From positions 449,848-513,847 of the forward strand of contig QPGO01000024.1 of NCBI GenBank assembly GCA_008632985.1: a stretch of 64,000 nt of DNA, read 5' to 3'. Within the stretch, counting starts at the first letter, position 1, and each line of letters begins with the position of its first letter. This document shows positions 62,101 to 64,000 of the stretch, in pieces. The translations under genes were made by a program, and so were the position numbers. The notes under the pieces were generated by a model that saw only the letters and a list, made by a program, of their open reading frames with translations, ran no database searches and had not been told where the DNA came from. The stretch is from Psammoneis japonica. Taxonomy: Eukaryota.

Positions 62101-64000
62101 ATCACCTGTTGGCATCAAGACCATCACCTGCAATGGTCTTCCTTTTCTCAACCCAAAGGATTTGCCCAAGGCTGTCCCCTGAGCCCCGCCTTTTCCTGCC
62201 TTGTCCTCTCCCACACATTCAAGCCCATCAATGACGAGCTGCACCATCAGCTTCCTCCCCACTCCAAATCTGCCACCTCATCATGTGTTGACAACACCCA
62301 CACACTCCCCCCCCCCCCCCCCCCTTTTTTCAACTCCCTTGGTTCCTCAAGCGCCTTTCTCCTCTTGGCCCTCAATTTGGAATCAAACTCAATGCATCCA
62401 AAACCAAAATCCTTGTGTCTGCGTCCGGCACCTCTCCCATCAACTGCCTCCCACCTGCCAATGCTCAGGCCCTCTCCAAAGCCCTCTCCTTTCTCAATCC
62501 CACCAATGACCCACAGGGCAAACCTGAACTCACATCCAGCATCCGCTTCCTCGGCCAACCCATCGGCTCCTTCACCTTCGCCATCAACTTCCTCCACAAC
62601 AAAGCCATTTCCTTTGCCACAGACCTCCTGTGCCTCACCGACCGCCTCACCGACAAACAAACACAAAGCACCCTGTTCCGCACATGCTCCATCCCCTCTG
62701 TCACCCACCTCCTTGCAGCTGATGCATGCTGCAATCTCAAGCGCTCCAATGACTTTTCAAACCCCCCCCCCNCCCCCCCCCCCCTCTCCAATGGGCATCT
62801 CCTTTTGTTGACAAGGTCATCGGCCACTCCCTGCATTTCCTTGCTCATCTCATTGAACACACTGCTCCTTGCCCTCTGCAGCCAAACTCATTGCCAACCT
62901 CCCTGTTTCATTGGGTGGCGTCGGATGCTGAGACATCTCTGCTGTTGCCATCCCTGCCCTCATCACCTCCCTTGCAAGATCAATGTGCCACACCAAACAC
63001 ACGGCATCCCACTCACCGGTGGTGATGTTTTTCATCTTCCTTTGAGCTGCTCTGCTGCTCTCAGCTCATGGTCTAACCCATGCTCCACCCTTGTTCCTTT
63101 TGTTGCATTTTCCACCACTGTGCTCCCATCCTCCTCCGATTTGACTCTTCCTCCTTCACCTTCCTGACACATGCTGTTGAACACCACAACCCACAAGGCC
63201 CACCGCAACGCCTTCACCTGTGTCGCCACCAAACCAACACTCTCCCTCAGATCCTTGCTGATCCTTCCATGCAACCTGCCCTTCTGTCCCTTCCATCTCC
63301 ACCAACAAGCTTGTGTCTTCACTCCTTCTCCCAAACTCCCGCCACCAACCGTCTCCCATCACATGTTTTCATGCTTCTTCTTCTCCGCAAACTGTGCCTT
63401 CCAACAATTTCTTCCACCTTTCTCCAACATGACTGCCCATGTGGCCACGCCCACCCAGACCCTCATAGAGACCATGCTTTTGAATGCTCCAAAATGCACA
63501 AAAGCCCACTGTCAAACCATGTCCGCGACACTGGGTGTCTGCACTGTCATCAAAACACTGGGCCCCCTTTGTGGCCTGTGTCTCTCCCGCCAACAAGTTC
63601 ATCTCAACCCAGCTGGTCTTTGGCTGATCACCCCCTCAAACGCCCCGCCAATGTTGGCATTCAACTCACCCCTGGCTCCACCACACCTGATGCTCCATCT
63701 GCCCACCACTTCGTGGCCATTGATGTCAATGTGGTGCCACCAGCACCCCGGCCTCCTGCATCTGGTTTGCCTGTCTCTGAAAACCCATTGAGCAAGGCTC
63801 ACCTCAGCAGCGCACAGGACAAGCTGCTTGGTTGCTCTGCACCATCTGCCCCAACTTCGATGTCATCGACGCCATCAACCAAGCCAGACTTTTCCTTCTC
63901 TCTTTTGCAGCATTCGACCATCTTGGTGGAATCAGGCGTCATTTTCACATTTTCTTCTTCGGCACCTCCACCTCAACATCCGCCTCCATCCCACCCCTTC
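59190..64000. other. TpA/CpG-eroded repeat domain F
   Basis: Abrupt loss of TpA after about 59190, continuing to the window end. Confidence 0.9.
61450..64000 (+). mobile_element. Degenerate non-LTR retrotransposon reverse transcriptase, CRE/SLACS-like
   Basis: PGKAPG, LHKD...KLCPIGIGTAL*R, GQFGVGVKGG, LLDLSNCFN, GFAQGCPLSP, CVDN (in place of YxDD), RFLGQPIGS. Confidence 0.85.

Noticed and set aside
62306..62785. Poly-C tracts, one containing an N, as functional G-quadruplex elements
   Set aside because: Homopolymers of uncertain length within a C-rich decayed LINE; likely slippage or assembly noise.
1..64000. Hundreds of overlapping 60-320 aa ORFs rich in Cys/His/Gln in the eroded blocks
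   Set aside because: An artefact of TpA loss, which removes TAA/TAG stops and Tyr codons. They are not credible genes, nor evidence of an alternative genetic code, since neighbouring genes use Tyr, TAA and TAG normally.

Overview
Eukaryotic window, most likely from a diatom (inferred from ~90-110 bp GT-AG introns, signal peptide plus ASAF-type plastid targeting motifs, and diatom-type PPR and transposon families). It alternates between ordinary gene-rich segments and large blocks of decayed transposons and gene fragments. The ordinary segments hold an intact 1065-aa Dada-like DDE transposase, a DnaJ gene, a frameshifted Pro/Ser-rich gene, and a cluster of Maf, D-glutamate cyclase, TsaD/Qri7, a plastid membrane protein, YjbQ and PPR. 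The decayed blocks hold Ty3/Gypsy, Plavaka-like, CRE-type LINE and nucleoporin-like remnants. The main observation is that in these blocks (about 1-7110, 15900-17900, 18500-23640, 25650-27330, 32200-47800, 59190-64000) the TpA dinucleotide has been almost completely converted to TpG/CpA, usually alongside CpG decay. Conserved motifs record the direction (RT YVDD to CVDN, YIKG to HIKG). This looks like a domain-targeted, context-specific A:T to G:C hypermutation process with polarity opposite to fungal RIP; it is separable from CpG decay and bordered by CTAG/TAGAG-rich tracts. All family calls come from motif recognition by eye; no searches were run.
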